Of a stretch of 33,137 bases of DNA, positions 25,818 through 33,137 are shown one piece after another. Positions within the stretch are counted from its first letter, which is position 1. Each line of letters opens with the position of its first letter. Position numbers and translations under genes: made by a program. The stretch is taken from IMG/VR virus record IMGVR_UViG_3300035322_000174, positions 1-33,137 of that record; one strand, given 5' to 3'. Origin of the DNA: a virus. Taxonomy: Duplodnaviria; Caudoviricetes. A model generated the notes under the pieces. That model did no database searches and was not told the DNA's origin. It saw only the letters and a list, made by a program, of their open reading frames with translations.

Positions 25818-26074
25818 TGTCCTGGTGTTGCGAAAACCTTGTCGCCCTTTTTGACTTGTGTTGCTGGATTGGCTTTCGCGCCCGGTTGGGGCTTTTTGTT
25901 TATTGTGACCTTTTTAGTCTTAGGATCTTTTTGTAGTGCTGTAGGATTCTTTTTAAGATCAATAATGGTTTTGGTGCCGTCCATATTGTCTACTTCTGCG
26001 CTTTGTCCTGGCTTGAGGTTTTTAATAATTGAAGGTTTGCCGCCTTGCATTTCTGTAATTTCATTAATTTTCAT
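25814..26074 (-). CDS. Basic hypothetical protein with capsid-targeting-like N-terminus
   Basis: MKINEITE start; Lys-rich. Confidence 0.65.
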   Translation of the reverse strand: MKINEITEMQGGKPSIIKNLKPGQSAEVDNMDGTKTIIDLKKNPTALQKDPKTKKVTINKKPQPGAKANPATQVKKGDKVFATPGQ

Positions 26075-26075
26075 T

Positions 26076-26399
26076 TTATATCCTCTTGGCCTTAGACTGT
26101 TTACGTCTAGTCCTTACACCTTTGTTGACTCTAGGCAATCTGCTTGATGCTGGATTTGCCCTTTTAGTTCTTGCTATTTTAACTGCTTGACGCTTTGCGC
26201 CTGCTCGTTTTGTTTTCTTAAGAGTAGTTGCTTTCTTGATACTCTTTGGCGCCGTACATGTTGACATCTTTGCAACGATACGACCTTTGCGTGGACCACT
26301 GTTACATCTATACCTACGAACATTTTTGCCACCTTTGCGGCCGTAAATGCTAGTTGCACCTTCGTCTATAGTTGTAGTTATCAACTCACTCAAGTACAT
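26076..26399 (-). CDS. Highly basic protein, paralogue B
   Basis: VRRYRCNSGPRKGRIVAKMSTC; strongly K/R-rich after an acidic leader ending IDE. Confidence 0.75.
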   Translation of the reverse strand: MYLSELITTTIDEGATSIYGRKGGKNVRRYRCNSGPRKGRIVAKMSTCTAPKSIKKATTLKKTKRAGAKRQAVKIARTKRANPASSRLPRVNKGVRTRRKQSKAKRI

Positions 26400-26704
26400 T
26401 ACAGTCTCTTTGGTCTACTTGCTTTATTAAGAGCTGCTACTCTGCGGCTTGCTGAACTTACTCTTTTAGTCTTACGTGCCTTACGTGCCATTTTAGCACC
26501 AAGCCTTGCTTTTGTAACTTTTAGTTTCAAACGCTTCTTCATGTCAGGCTTTGCAAAACACTGAGCAATATTAGAAACAATACGTCCATGTCGCCTTCCG
26601 CCCGCACATCTAAACTTACGCACAACCTTGTTGCCGCGTTTAGCCCAAGCCATTTTGGCTTCGGATAGATCATCAAGTGGTAAGGTAATCTCTCTTAATA
26701 ACAT
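26399..26704 (-). CDS. Highly basic protein, paralogue A
   Basis: VRKFRCAGGRRHGRIVSNIAQC; acidic leader ending LSE; TAAATA at 26710-26715. Confidence 0.75.
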   Translation of the reverse strand: MLLREITLPLDDLSEAKMAWAKRGNKVVRKFRCAGGRRHGRIVSNIAQCFAKPDMKKRLKLKVTKARLGAKMARKARKTKRVSSASRRVAALNKASRPKRL

Positions 26705-26723
26705 ATAGTTATTTAGTTGATTA

Positions 26724-26951
26724 TTAAACGTTTAGTAGTATTACGACTATGGTGGAAAGTAAACCAGCTACGATTGTGCCGGCTGTGCCTACTAGCACTT
26801 TGGTCATTGACTTCTGACCATCGGTGATATCTTTGTGAATGTGTTCTACTTTGTCTTCTATCTTTGAAAGACGTGACTCAAGTTGTTCATATCTTTCTTG
26901 ACATAAATCAACGTGTGCTTCTAAGTTTTTCTTTTCTAGGCTGGTGGCCAT
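26724..26951 (-). CDS. Coiled-coil protein with one C-terminal TM helix (XhlA/holin-like)
   Basis: HVDLCQERYEQLESRLSKIEDKV coiled coil followed by VLVGTAGTIVAGLLSTIVVILL; GGAG SD. Confidence 0.6.
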   Translation of the reverse strand: MATSLEKKNLEAHVDLCQERYEQLESRLSKIEDKVEHIHKDITDGQKSMTKVLVGTAGTIVAGLLSTIVVILLNV

Positions 26952-27049
26952 CTATTATCTCCGTGTATCCTGCTCAAGGATGTTGTTAAGTAAACTCGTA
27001 GTTAGCCTTAAAATAGATGCCTGTTTGTTTTGTTGTATACTTTTATTTA

Positions 27050-27430
27050 TCATATTTCTTCAAAATATATGTTCTTATACTTCTTATTTGTAGACTGAAA
27101 AACATTATTTTTGAACACAACACTTTCATCTAAATCGCTTATAAAGGGCACTAAATCAAAGTCTTCTTTAAGTAACGCTGTTTCTAACGAGCCCTCACGC
27201 TCTACTTCAAACTCAATTGTCCAAACTTTTTGTTTGTCTGTGTAAGTTGAGCCAAAGTATTTTGTAGATTCTTCTGCATCTGTAACAACAACCGATATAG
27301 GATTACTACGCAACCCTAGTGTGTTGATTACTGTCATGTAGTTTTGATGTTGATTATACATATACCTATCCTCAGTTCTACGAGCATAGGTTGGTGTAAT
27401 GTCTACAAGTGTTTTTAATATAAAACGCAT
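27050..27430 (-). CDS. Hypothetical protein
   Basis: Start moved to ATG 27430 (MRFILKTLVDIT) because the track's ATG 27448 abuts the terminator and lies upstream of TATAAGTA (27436-27443). Confidence 0.65.
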   Translation of the reverse strand: MRFILKTLVDITPTYARRTEDRYMYNQHQNYMTVINTLGLRSNPISVVVTDAEESTKYFGSTYTDKQKVWTIEFEVEREGSLETALLKEDFDLVPFISDLDESVVFKNNVFQSTNKKYKNIYFEEI

Positions 27431-27448
27431 GTTAATACTTATAGCCAT

Positions 27449-27480
27449 AAAAAAAGGCCCACTTAAAAAGTGAGCCTTTT
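27449..27480 (-). terminator. Intrinsic terminator
   Basis: AAAAGGCTCACTT-TTT-AAGTGGGCC followed by T7. Confidence 0.85.
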
Positions 27481-27526
27481 GATGTGACGCCTTTATAACA
27501 TCACGGTTCCTAAAGGTAGCTAGGAA

Positions 27527-27901
27527 TTATGCTAAGTCGCCTGCTGTTAGTGTGATTTCAGCTACAGTTGATGTTACACCTGTTGCTGTATCTACTAATG
27601 CTTTAACAGCTGCTGCAACGTCTGAATCAGTGTTACCTGAAACATATGCGTTTGCTGTTGCTGCGTCTACCATTACTACAACAATGTTGTCTGCTCTTTC
27701 ACCAACGTGAACAACTGACATTTGAGTTTGGATTGCACGAATTGCTTTTGCGAAGGTACCTTCTGTAAAAGCTGCTACGCCATCTGCTGATGCTGTATCT
27801 GCTGTTGCTACGCCTGTTCCTGTAATCTTAAGGATGATTGGATCATATCCATAAAAACTACCTGCGGTTGTTAAACCATTTACTTTTGCTTGTATTGCCA
27901 T
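27527..27901 (-). CDS. Small Ala/Thr/Val-rich protein, probable abundant virion (decoration-type) protein
   Basis: Own late promoter (27992-27997), strong AGGAG SD, own terminator, and biased GCT/GCA/ACA/GTT codon usage. Confidence 0.6.
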   Translation of the reverse strand: MAIQAKVNGLTTAGSFYGYDPIILKITGTGVATADTASADGVAAFTEGTFAKAIRAIQTQMSVVHVGERADNIVVVMVDAATANAYVSGNTDSDVAAAVKALVDTATGVTSTVAEITLTAGDLA

Positions 27902-28020
27902 TTTATTTCTCCTGTTTATATAAAATTGAAGAGTATTACCTCTTCGGCTCTAATGACACTATCCGTAAACTCTTTACGAAGTGCTTATTATTATTTAGCC
28001 TTTTTATAAAAAAATACTGG

Positions 28021-28395
28021 TTATGAGCCCTTTTTGGCTCTCTGATGTAGTAATTTAAGCATTTGAACGTATCCTGGGCCTGCTGTAACAATATCATCCA
28101 GTAGTTCTAGTGCAGGAACAAAGCCTTTTACCATTGTACTAGGTACGCTTTTGCCGTCAAGTGCTAGTTCTAAGAACTTTTTAGTGAGCATCATATTACG
28201 TTGACCTACAATCATTCTATATAGAGCTAGGTCTCTTGCTTCAACACGCTTTTCAATACGGTCAAATGCACCTTCATCTAGCTCTTCTAGATCGTTAAAA
28301 ACTAACTGTAGTTCTTCTAACTTACCAAGTAACTCAGCTGACTCTTTGTCAGGCTGTATCTCAGTATCGTTTTCTAATGCCCTAAGAAAGTCCAT
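28021..28395 (-). CDS. Hypothetical protein
   Basis: 124 aa, TAATG-coupled to the upstream gene. Confidence 0.7.
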   Translation of the reverse strand: MDFLRALENDTEIQPDKESAELLGKLEELQLVFNDLEELDEGAFDRIEKRVEARDLALYRMIVGQRNMMLTKKFLELALDGKSVPSTMVKGFVPALELLDDIVTAGPGYVQMLKLLHQRAKKGS

Positions 28396-28763
28396 TACTT
28401 CTTCTTACGTAAAATATTTAGAATAGATATAAGACCTTCTGAGTCTTGAATTTTCTTTTGAAGTTGTAGTTTTTGCGCTGGCTTGCCACCTGGGCTTTTA
28501 AGTGCTTTAAGTATTGCTACTGCTTCAGGACGTTCAACTCTAATCTTTTTGTTGTCAGAAGTTACAACACTTCTTACAGGATTTTTAATATCGTCGTCTT
28601 CTTCCGAATCTTCAATTCTCATAAGCTGGACTTGCATAGGCTCACCTTTAAGTTTGACTGCTACACTGTCATCGTCTTTGTCTAATTCTGATCCATGCGG
28701 GTCAAGACCTGGACGGTAATCCATATCAAAGTCTGCTTCTAAAATTAATTCATTAATTTTCAT
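28395..28763 (-). CDS. Hypothetical protein with capsid-targeting-like N-terminus
   Basis: MKINELILEA; acidic N-half and basic C-half; AAGGA SD. Confidence 0.7.
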   Translation of the reverse strand: MKINELILEADFDMDYRPGLDPHGSELDKDDDSVAVKLKGEPMQVQLMRIEDSEEDDDIKNPVRSVVTSDNKKIRVERPEAVAILKALKSPGGKPAQKLQLQKKIQDSEGLISILNILRKKK

Positions 28764-28775
28764 TTTATTTTCCTT

Positions 28776-29867
28776 TTAGTTTGGTTGCCATCTAGCTCGT
28801 GGCACCAGTTTTACTTTTGACTTCTGAGCAACGTAACCTTCGCCCCCTTGCTCATCGCCTGTTGATGCTTTGATATCTGCATCCGCTCCATCTAGTTGTG
28901 TAATGATGTCATCCTTTGCAATCATTATTTGTTTTACTAAACTAAAGATTGCTGGCAAAGCCTCTGGATTGCTTTCATTCATTGCCGCTAGTTTTGCCTG
29001 TTGTCCTTGACTGACCTTGCTTGTTTTAAGCCAATCAAAAAATCCGTTTTCTATATTATCTATCTGCTGTGTGCGAGTCATATGATTCATATAGGTATAA
29101 ATGATTGCTGCTGGATTACTTAATCCTTGTACGCCTGCTAAGAACTTATCTATATGTCCAGCATGTGCATTTACTTGCTTACGTATTTTATCTGTTTCTT
29201 TTGTGTTAACGTCTGGCTGATGCGAAACGTATGTTTGTCCTAGTACAACAACATCTTTGTTGTTAAGCTCGCCTGTTTGTTGTATAGGTTGTCCTGACTT
29301 ATCTCCAAAGTCATCGTAACGTGTGTGTACAGTAACGCCTACTTTGCTTTGTGCAATACGTTTGCCTATGTCACTGTTTGCATCTACAGTATATGTAACT
29401 TTGTTAGGTGTAAACTGTATCTTGCCGTCTTTGATTACAAATGGCTTACCTGGATGATACAACAAGTCACCGTATACATATTCATTTACACTAGGTGGTG
29501 TTGCGTTTTTAAGTACATTAAAAATAGCACCCATGTCGTTACCAAACTTCTCACGCCACTCTTCGCCTTTGCCTGAATTCTTAATAAAGTTTGCAAGGTC
29601 GTCTGCACTTTTACTTTTGTTTCTGCCCCATCCGTTTTTGCCTACCATTACAAATGTTCCGTCATCTTCTCTACCCCAATAGATAGTAGGATTACCGTCC
29701 CATTTAATTGCAACGTCTGAACTGTCAGTTCCTAAGTTGTCTAGTATGTCTGCGGCTTTAAGTGCGCCTTTGGCACCGTCAACAAAAACAAGGTCTTCCA
29801 AGTGCTGATATTCTCTACCAACCTTGGCCGCTTCAGTTAACGTGTGTCTAAACTCTGTAAATCTCAT
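28776..29867 (-). CDS. Ligase-like covalent nucleotidyltransferase-fold protein
   Basis: HLEDLV, then IKWDGNP (motif I KxDG), YVYGDLLY (III-like), GEGYV (IV) and KVKLV (V) in canonical order; N-terminus MRFTEFRHTLTEA. Confidence 0.6.
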   Translation of the reverse strand: MRFTEFRHTLTEAAKVGREYQHLEDLVFVDGAKGALKAADILDNLGTDSSDVAIKWDGNPTIYWGREDDGTFVMVGKNGWGRNKSKSADDLANFIKNSGKGEEWREKFGNDMGAIFNVLKNATPPSVNEYVYGDLLYHPGKPFVIKDGKIQFTPNKVTYTVDANSDIGKRIAQSKVGVTVHTRYDDFGDKSGQPIQQTGELNNKDVVVLGQTYVSHQPDVNTKETDKIRKQVNAHAGHIDKFLAGVQGLSNPAAIIYTYMNHMTRTQQIDNIENGFFDWLKTSKVSQGQQAKLAAMNESNPEALPAIFSLVKQIMIAKDDIITQLDGADADIKASTGDEQGGEGYVAQKSKVKLVPRARWQPN

Positions 29868-30631
29868 CTTGGAAGTAACTCTTTAATTCTACGTAACTGT
29901 TTTTCGCCTAGTGTTTCTACGGCTACCTTTGATTTCTTCCATGGATGATTTGGATCGTCTTTTGCTTCTAACTCATCTACTAGGTCTTTGGCCTTAGGAC
30001 TCTTAGCAACCATTGCTTCAACTGACCCTAGGTCTTTTGCTTCAGCATCAGCACCTAAAAGTATTTTTGCTATCTTATCTAAGTCACTTGATATAAGTGA
30101 ATCGTCTCTGCGATCTAATAGTCCTTTATATGCACTCCACTTCATGCCTTCTGGATGATTGTCGTTCTTAGTATTCTTTGCTAAGTCAGCAATTAGTATT
30201 TGCTTGTGTACACCTTTGTATGGTGAGCCCTGTGGTATATCGTGAACGTGAAACTTTTGTGCTGTTTCACCTTTGTCAACAACCATTATGTCTACTTGCT
30301 GTGCGCCGTTGCCTGCTGTCGTTTTAACATGAACACTTGTGCCGCTACGTTTAGTTTCATACCCTGCTTGTTGAAATAACTTTTCTAATTCTATTCTTGC
30401 ATCTTTAGGAGTTTTAACATTAAAATGATTGAACAATGTACCTGCGTCAATAATCATATCAAGGTCGCCGCTTATTTTACCCGGTGTTGGTGAAGCGCCT
30501 GAGCCAATTGGCAAAGCCTTTGCACCTGTCTTTGTTGTTACAGAATTAATCTGTTTCATCATGTCAGGTATTATTTTATGATCAAACGGTTCTGTACCTT
30601 GGAATATGTTTCCACCTTCATTCAGTGTCAT
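29864..30631 (-). CDS. Pol-beta-superfamily nucleotidyltransferase-like protein
   Basis: IGSG-x8-GDLDM (hGS...DxD) and a third Asp in QVDIM; start moved to ATG 30631 (MTLNEGG). Confidence 0.7.
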   Translation of the reverse strand: MTLNEGGNIFQGTEPFDHKIIPDMMKQINSVTTKTGAKALPIGSGASPTPGKISGDLDMIIDAGTLFNHFNVKTPKDARIELEKLFQQAGYETKRSGTSVHVKTTAGNGAQQVDIMVVDKGETAQKFHVHDIPQGSPYKGVHKQILIADLAKNTKNDNHPEGMKWSAYKGLLDRRDDSLISSDLDKIAKILLGADAEAKDLGSVEAMVAKSPKAKDLVDELEAKDDPNHPWKKSKVAVETLGEKQLRRIKELLPR

Positions 30632-30881
30632 TATTTTTTCCTTCAATAATTCTTGCTATACTTCTTTTAAACTTTCTAGGATCGCCTGACCTTATACTGT
30701 TAAGAAAACGCCTTTCTAACTCAGCAGCGTTGTCTTGATCGTAAACACTGTGAATCATATTAAGCAAATTAATAGAGCTTTCAATTATGTTACTTGCTGT
30801 TGCTTCTATTAGAAGATCATCATTCTTAGGCCTACCTAAATTATTGAGTTCTTCTAATATACTTCGTGTCTTTTTACGCAT
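30618..30881 (-). CDS. Hypothetical helical protein
   Basis: 87 aa; first gene after TAAATA at 30902-30907. Confidence 0.7.
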   Translation of the reverse strand: MRKKTRSILEELNNLGRPKNDDLLIEATASNIIESSINLLNMIHSVYDQDNAAELERRFLNSIRSGDPRKFKRSIARIIEGKNNDTE

Positions 30882-30901
30882 TGTTCTAATTCCTATATGT
30901 G

Positions 30902-30926
30902 TATTTAGTTACAATAACAATAAATA
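30902..30926. promoter_or_regulatory. Back-to-back divergent late-type promoters
   Basis: TAAATA on the minus strand (30902-30907) and on the plus strand (30921-30926) in the only divergent gap of the window. Confidence 0.65.
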
Positions 30927-30948
30927 AATGTACATAATGGAGGGCACC

Positions 30949-31716
30949 ATGCAAGGTATAGAAAAACTAGGCTTTCTCGAACGTTCATTGTTATTTGCGA
31001 AACTGTCACAAGTAGCATATTATAACTTCGATGAAGCAAAAAAGCAAGCAAAAAAATTAGGATTTACAACAACAGAGTTTTATGATAGAAACGGAGCTCA
31101 AGCATACCGCTTTATGAATAAGACTGATCTAGTAATTGCTTGCAGAGGTACGCAACCTGCAGAGTTTAATGACATCAAAGCAGATCTAAAAGCCCTACCA
31201 GTTCTTGCAGAAACCATGAGTCGAGTACACAGAGGTTTCAAAGCAGAAGTTGATGAACTATGGCCAATGGTTGAGGAAGATGTTTTACGTAAAACAAATG
31301 TTACTAAGACACTTTGGTTTACAGGACATAGTTTAGGAGCAGCGATGGCTACTATAATGGCAAGTCGTTGCAAACATAATATCGAACTTAATGATCCGAT
31401 AGAGCTTTACACATTTGGATCACCTCGTGTAGGCTGGAAAGGATATTGTGATAGTTTGTGTATTGAGCATCATAGATGGAGAAACAACAATGACATCGTT
31501 ACTGATGTTCCTCCTGTGTTTATGGGTTATAGACATCACGGCACAAAACACTACATCAACGCCTATGGCCAAATCCGTAATTTAAAACTATGGCAACGTA
31601 TCAAGGATAAGTTCCGTGGTTTGTGGATGGGTATTAAGGCTGGTAAGGTAGACTCATTTAGCGATCACAGCATTGACGAATACATCAAACACATTGAAAC
31701 AGCGTTAGGAAAATAA
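30949..31716 (+). CDS. Class 3 lipase (alpha/beta hydrolase)
   Basis: [21 protein letters not shown] nucleophile elbow, [23 protein letters not shown]; start ATG 30949 with GGAGG SD. Confidence 0.92.
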   Translation: MQGIEKLGFLERSLLFAKLSQVAYYNFDEAKKQAKKLGFTTTEFYDRNGAQAYRFMNKTDLVIACRGTQPAEFNDIKADLKALPVLAETMSRVHRGFKAEVDELWPMVEEDVLRKTNVTKTLWFTGHSLGAAMATIMASRCKHNIELNDPIELYTFGSPRVGWKGYCDSLCIEHHRWRNNNDIVTDVPPVFMGYRHHGTKHYINAYGQIRNLKLWQRIKDKFRGLWMGIKAGKVDSFSDHSIDEYIKHIETALGK

Positions 31717-32643
31717 ACTACTAACGCTTTCTTCGTTTGATACTCTACGGATTGCTTCGCCAAACAAAGGCGCGACACTAACCTGTCGTGTCTTTTTACA
31801 GTTCTTAGGACAACGATCGTTGATACTATCTGTAACTACTAACTCCTCTAACACACTCTTTTCAACTTTGTTACATGCTTCGCCTGACAGTACACCATGT
31901 GTAATATAAGCACGAACTGACAATGCACCTGCGTCCATAATTGCTTTGGCCGCACTACATAGGGTTCCGCCTGAGTCAACAATGTCGTCGACTAGAATAG
32001 CATGTTTACCTTCTACGTCACCAATCAGCGCCATTACTTCGCTCTTGCCTGCTTCAGGCCTACGCTTGTCTACAATAGCAATGTCTCCGTGGAACATGTC
32101 TGCAAACTTACGAGCTCTAACAGCACCGCCTGCATCTGGTGATACAAATACTGTCGGCTCTTCTGTGTTAACTTTATACTTGATGTCTTTGGCAAATACT
32201 TTACGGCTTGTTAAATCGTCCACCGGAATATCAAAGAAACCTTGTATCTGTCCTGCATGCAGATCCATTGTTAAGATCCTGTCTGCTCCTGCTGTAACTA
32301 ATATGTTGGCTACTAATTTTGCTGTAATAGGAGTACGGCTTGCACTCTTACGATCTTGTCTAGCATAACCGAAGTAAGGAATAACAGCAGTAATACGACT
32401 AGCACTTGATCGTCTTGCCGCATCGATCATAATAAGCAATTCCATTAAACTATCATTTACAGGTGATGATGTACTTTGTATAATAAACACATCCTCGCCT
32501 CTAACGTTTTCTTCAAACTCGACGCTTGTTTCTCCGTCTGCAAATGTTGATATTGTGGCTGGTACCAGTCCAGCAAAACAGTGTTCTGCAATATCTTGTG
32601 CTAATGCCCTATTGCTATTACCTGCGATTATTTTCATCTTCAA
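31705..32643 (-). CDS. prs: Ribose-phosphate pyrophosphokinase (PRPP synthetase)
   Basis: [54 protein letters not shown]. Confidence 0.96.
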   Translation of the reverse strand: MKMKIIAGNSNRALAQDIAEHCFAGLVPATISTFADGETSVEFEENVRGEDVFIIQSTSSPVNDSLMELLIMIDAARRSSASRITAVIPYFGYARQDRKSASRTPITAKLVANILVTAGADRILTMDLHAGQIQGFFDIPVDDLTSRKVFAKDIKYKVNTEEPTVFVSPDAGGAVRARKFADMFHGDIAIVDKRRPEAGKSEVMALIGDVEGKHAILVDDIVDSGGTLCSAAKAIMDAGALSVRAYITHGVLSGEACNKVEKSVLEELVVTDSINDRCPKNCKKTRQVSVAPLFGEAIRRVSNEESVSSLFS

Positions 32644-32689
32644 ACTGTGTCCTTTCCTTTGCGGATAGTTAATTTGTTAGTGTCTGCAT

Positions 32690-32718
32690 AGTATATATAC
32701 AAACGAGTTAAAAGTCAA
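32690..32718 (-). promoter_or_regulatory. Sigma70-like promoter for prs
   Basis: TTGACT-N17-TATACT. Confidence 0.7.
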
Positions 32719-32719
32719 G

Positions 32720-32744
32720 AAAAAAGACGCCGAAACGTCTTTTT
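32720..32744 (-). terminator. Intrinsic (bidirectional-type) terminator after pstB
   Basis: AAAAAGACG-CCGAAA-CGTCTTTTT with T-tracts on both strands. Confidence 0.8.
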
Positions 32745-32748
32745 ATGT

Positions 32749-33135
32749 TTATCCAAAGTCTCCGCTTACGTAGGCTTTAGTTTTTCTATGATTAGGATTG
32801 CCAAAGATTTTCTTTGTGGTACCTTTTTCTATGATCTCTCCCAAATGGAAGTACGCTGTTGTATCTGAAATACGTTTTGCCTGTTGCATATTGTGTGTCA
32901 CAATAACAATGGTATAGTTCTTTTTCAGTTCAAGTATTAGTTCTTCAATAGCATTGGTTGAGATTGGATCTAGTGCTGAACAAGGCTCATCTAGTAATAG
33001 TATCTGTGGATCAACGGCAAGGCTACGAGCAATACATAGTCGCTGTTGCTGTCCACCACTAAGGCCAAATGCATTGTCGTGCAATCTATCTTTTACTTCA
33101 TCCCAAAGATTTGCTTTCTTTAGACTGTCTTCTAC
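32749..33135 (-). CDS. pstB: Phosphate ABC transporter ATP-binding protein, partial (5' end beyond the window)
   Basis: Frame open to the edge: [18 protein letters not shown]...[49 protein letters not shown]. Confidence 0.93.
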   Translation of the reverse strand, partial: VEDSLKKANLWDEVKDRLHDNAFGLSGGQQQRLCIARSLAVDPQILLLDEPCSALDPISTNAIEELILELKKNYTIVIVTHNMQQAKRISDTTAYFHLGEIIEKGTTKKIFGNPNHRKTKAYVSGDFG

Positions 33136-33137
33136 GA

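Noticed and set aside
27505-27530. preQ1-I riboswitch-like string (TTCCTAGCTAC)
   Set aside because: The resemblance is superficial: it is in a 3' UTR, lacks the A-rich tail and P1 arrangement, and folds better as a simple hairpin.
1298-32368. The many plus-strand ORFs of 60-186 aa (e.g. 2305..2685, 15376..15831, 24384..24944, 31946..32368) and short nested minus-strand ORFs in the track
   Set aside because: They lie antisense to or inside well-supported genes, lack SD sequences and motifs, and have the Ser/Leu-rich composition of shadow frames.
31705-32643. prs as the ADPR-PP synthetase of a NAD-reconstitution (NARP1-type) anti-defence pathway
   Set aside because: The protein looks like a canonical full-length bacterial Prs and no nicotinamide phosphoribosyltransferase-like partner is adjacent.
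1-33137. Bacterial chromosome origin (given guaC, prs, pstB, rpsU, groES, csgG)
   Set aside because: The host-like genes are isolated from their usual operons (groES without groEL, clpS without clpA) and are interspersed with PAAR, tail, phage nuclease genes and T4-late-like promoters.
1-33137. tRNA, rRNA, CRISPR arrays, IS elements
   Set aside because: Intergenic gaps are short and show no cloverleaf/T-loop signatures, periodic repeats or transposase motifs by eye; a tRNAscan or Infernal run would be the definitive check.

Overview
This 33-kb window is part of a large, AT-rich, lytic T4-like (myovirus-type) phage genome, probably aquatic or marine and infecting a Gram-negative proteobacterium (prs, the hsp20 leader and HemO/PcyX look alphaproteobacterial; this is inference). 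About 50 tightly packed genes lie on the minus strand, and only a class-3 lipase is on the plus strand. Modules from left to right: (1) a curli/type VIII secretion-like operon (csgF, csgG, curlin-like gene, FecR-domain gene, second curlin-like gene cut by the left edge); (2) a restriction-like nuclease; (3) heme oxygenase plus PcyX-type bilin reductase next to clpS, hsp20 and groES, with a ROSE-type RNA thermometer in the hsp20 leader; (4) an outer-membrane barrel, a transporter, guaC, a 2OG-Fe(II) oxygenase and ribosomal protein bS21; (5) envelope genes (peptidoglycan-binding membrane protein, three lipoproteins, SleB-type hydrolase, second barrel); (6) an Hc1-like histone missed by the ORF track, PAAR, glutaredoxin and nrdAB; (7) a beta-helix tail protein and an exonuclease; (8) a block of small proteins sharing an N-terminal peptide like the T4 capsid-targeting sequence, including a candidate -1 frameshift fusion, two basic paralogues, and an adjacent ligase-like (KxDG) plus Pol-beta nucleotidyltransferase pair; (9) lipase, prs and the 3' end of pstB. 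Two promoter classes are readable directly: sigma70-like TTGAC(A/T)-N17/18-TAnnnT and T4-late-like (TA)TAAATA. I saw no tRNA, rRNA, CRISPR array or mobile element. All functional calls come from reading motifs by eye, without database searches.
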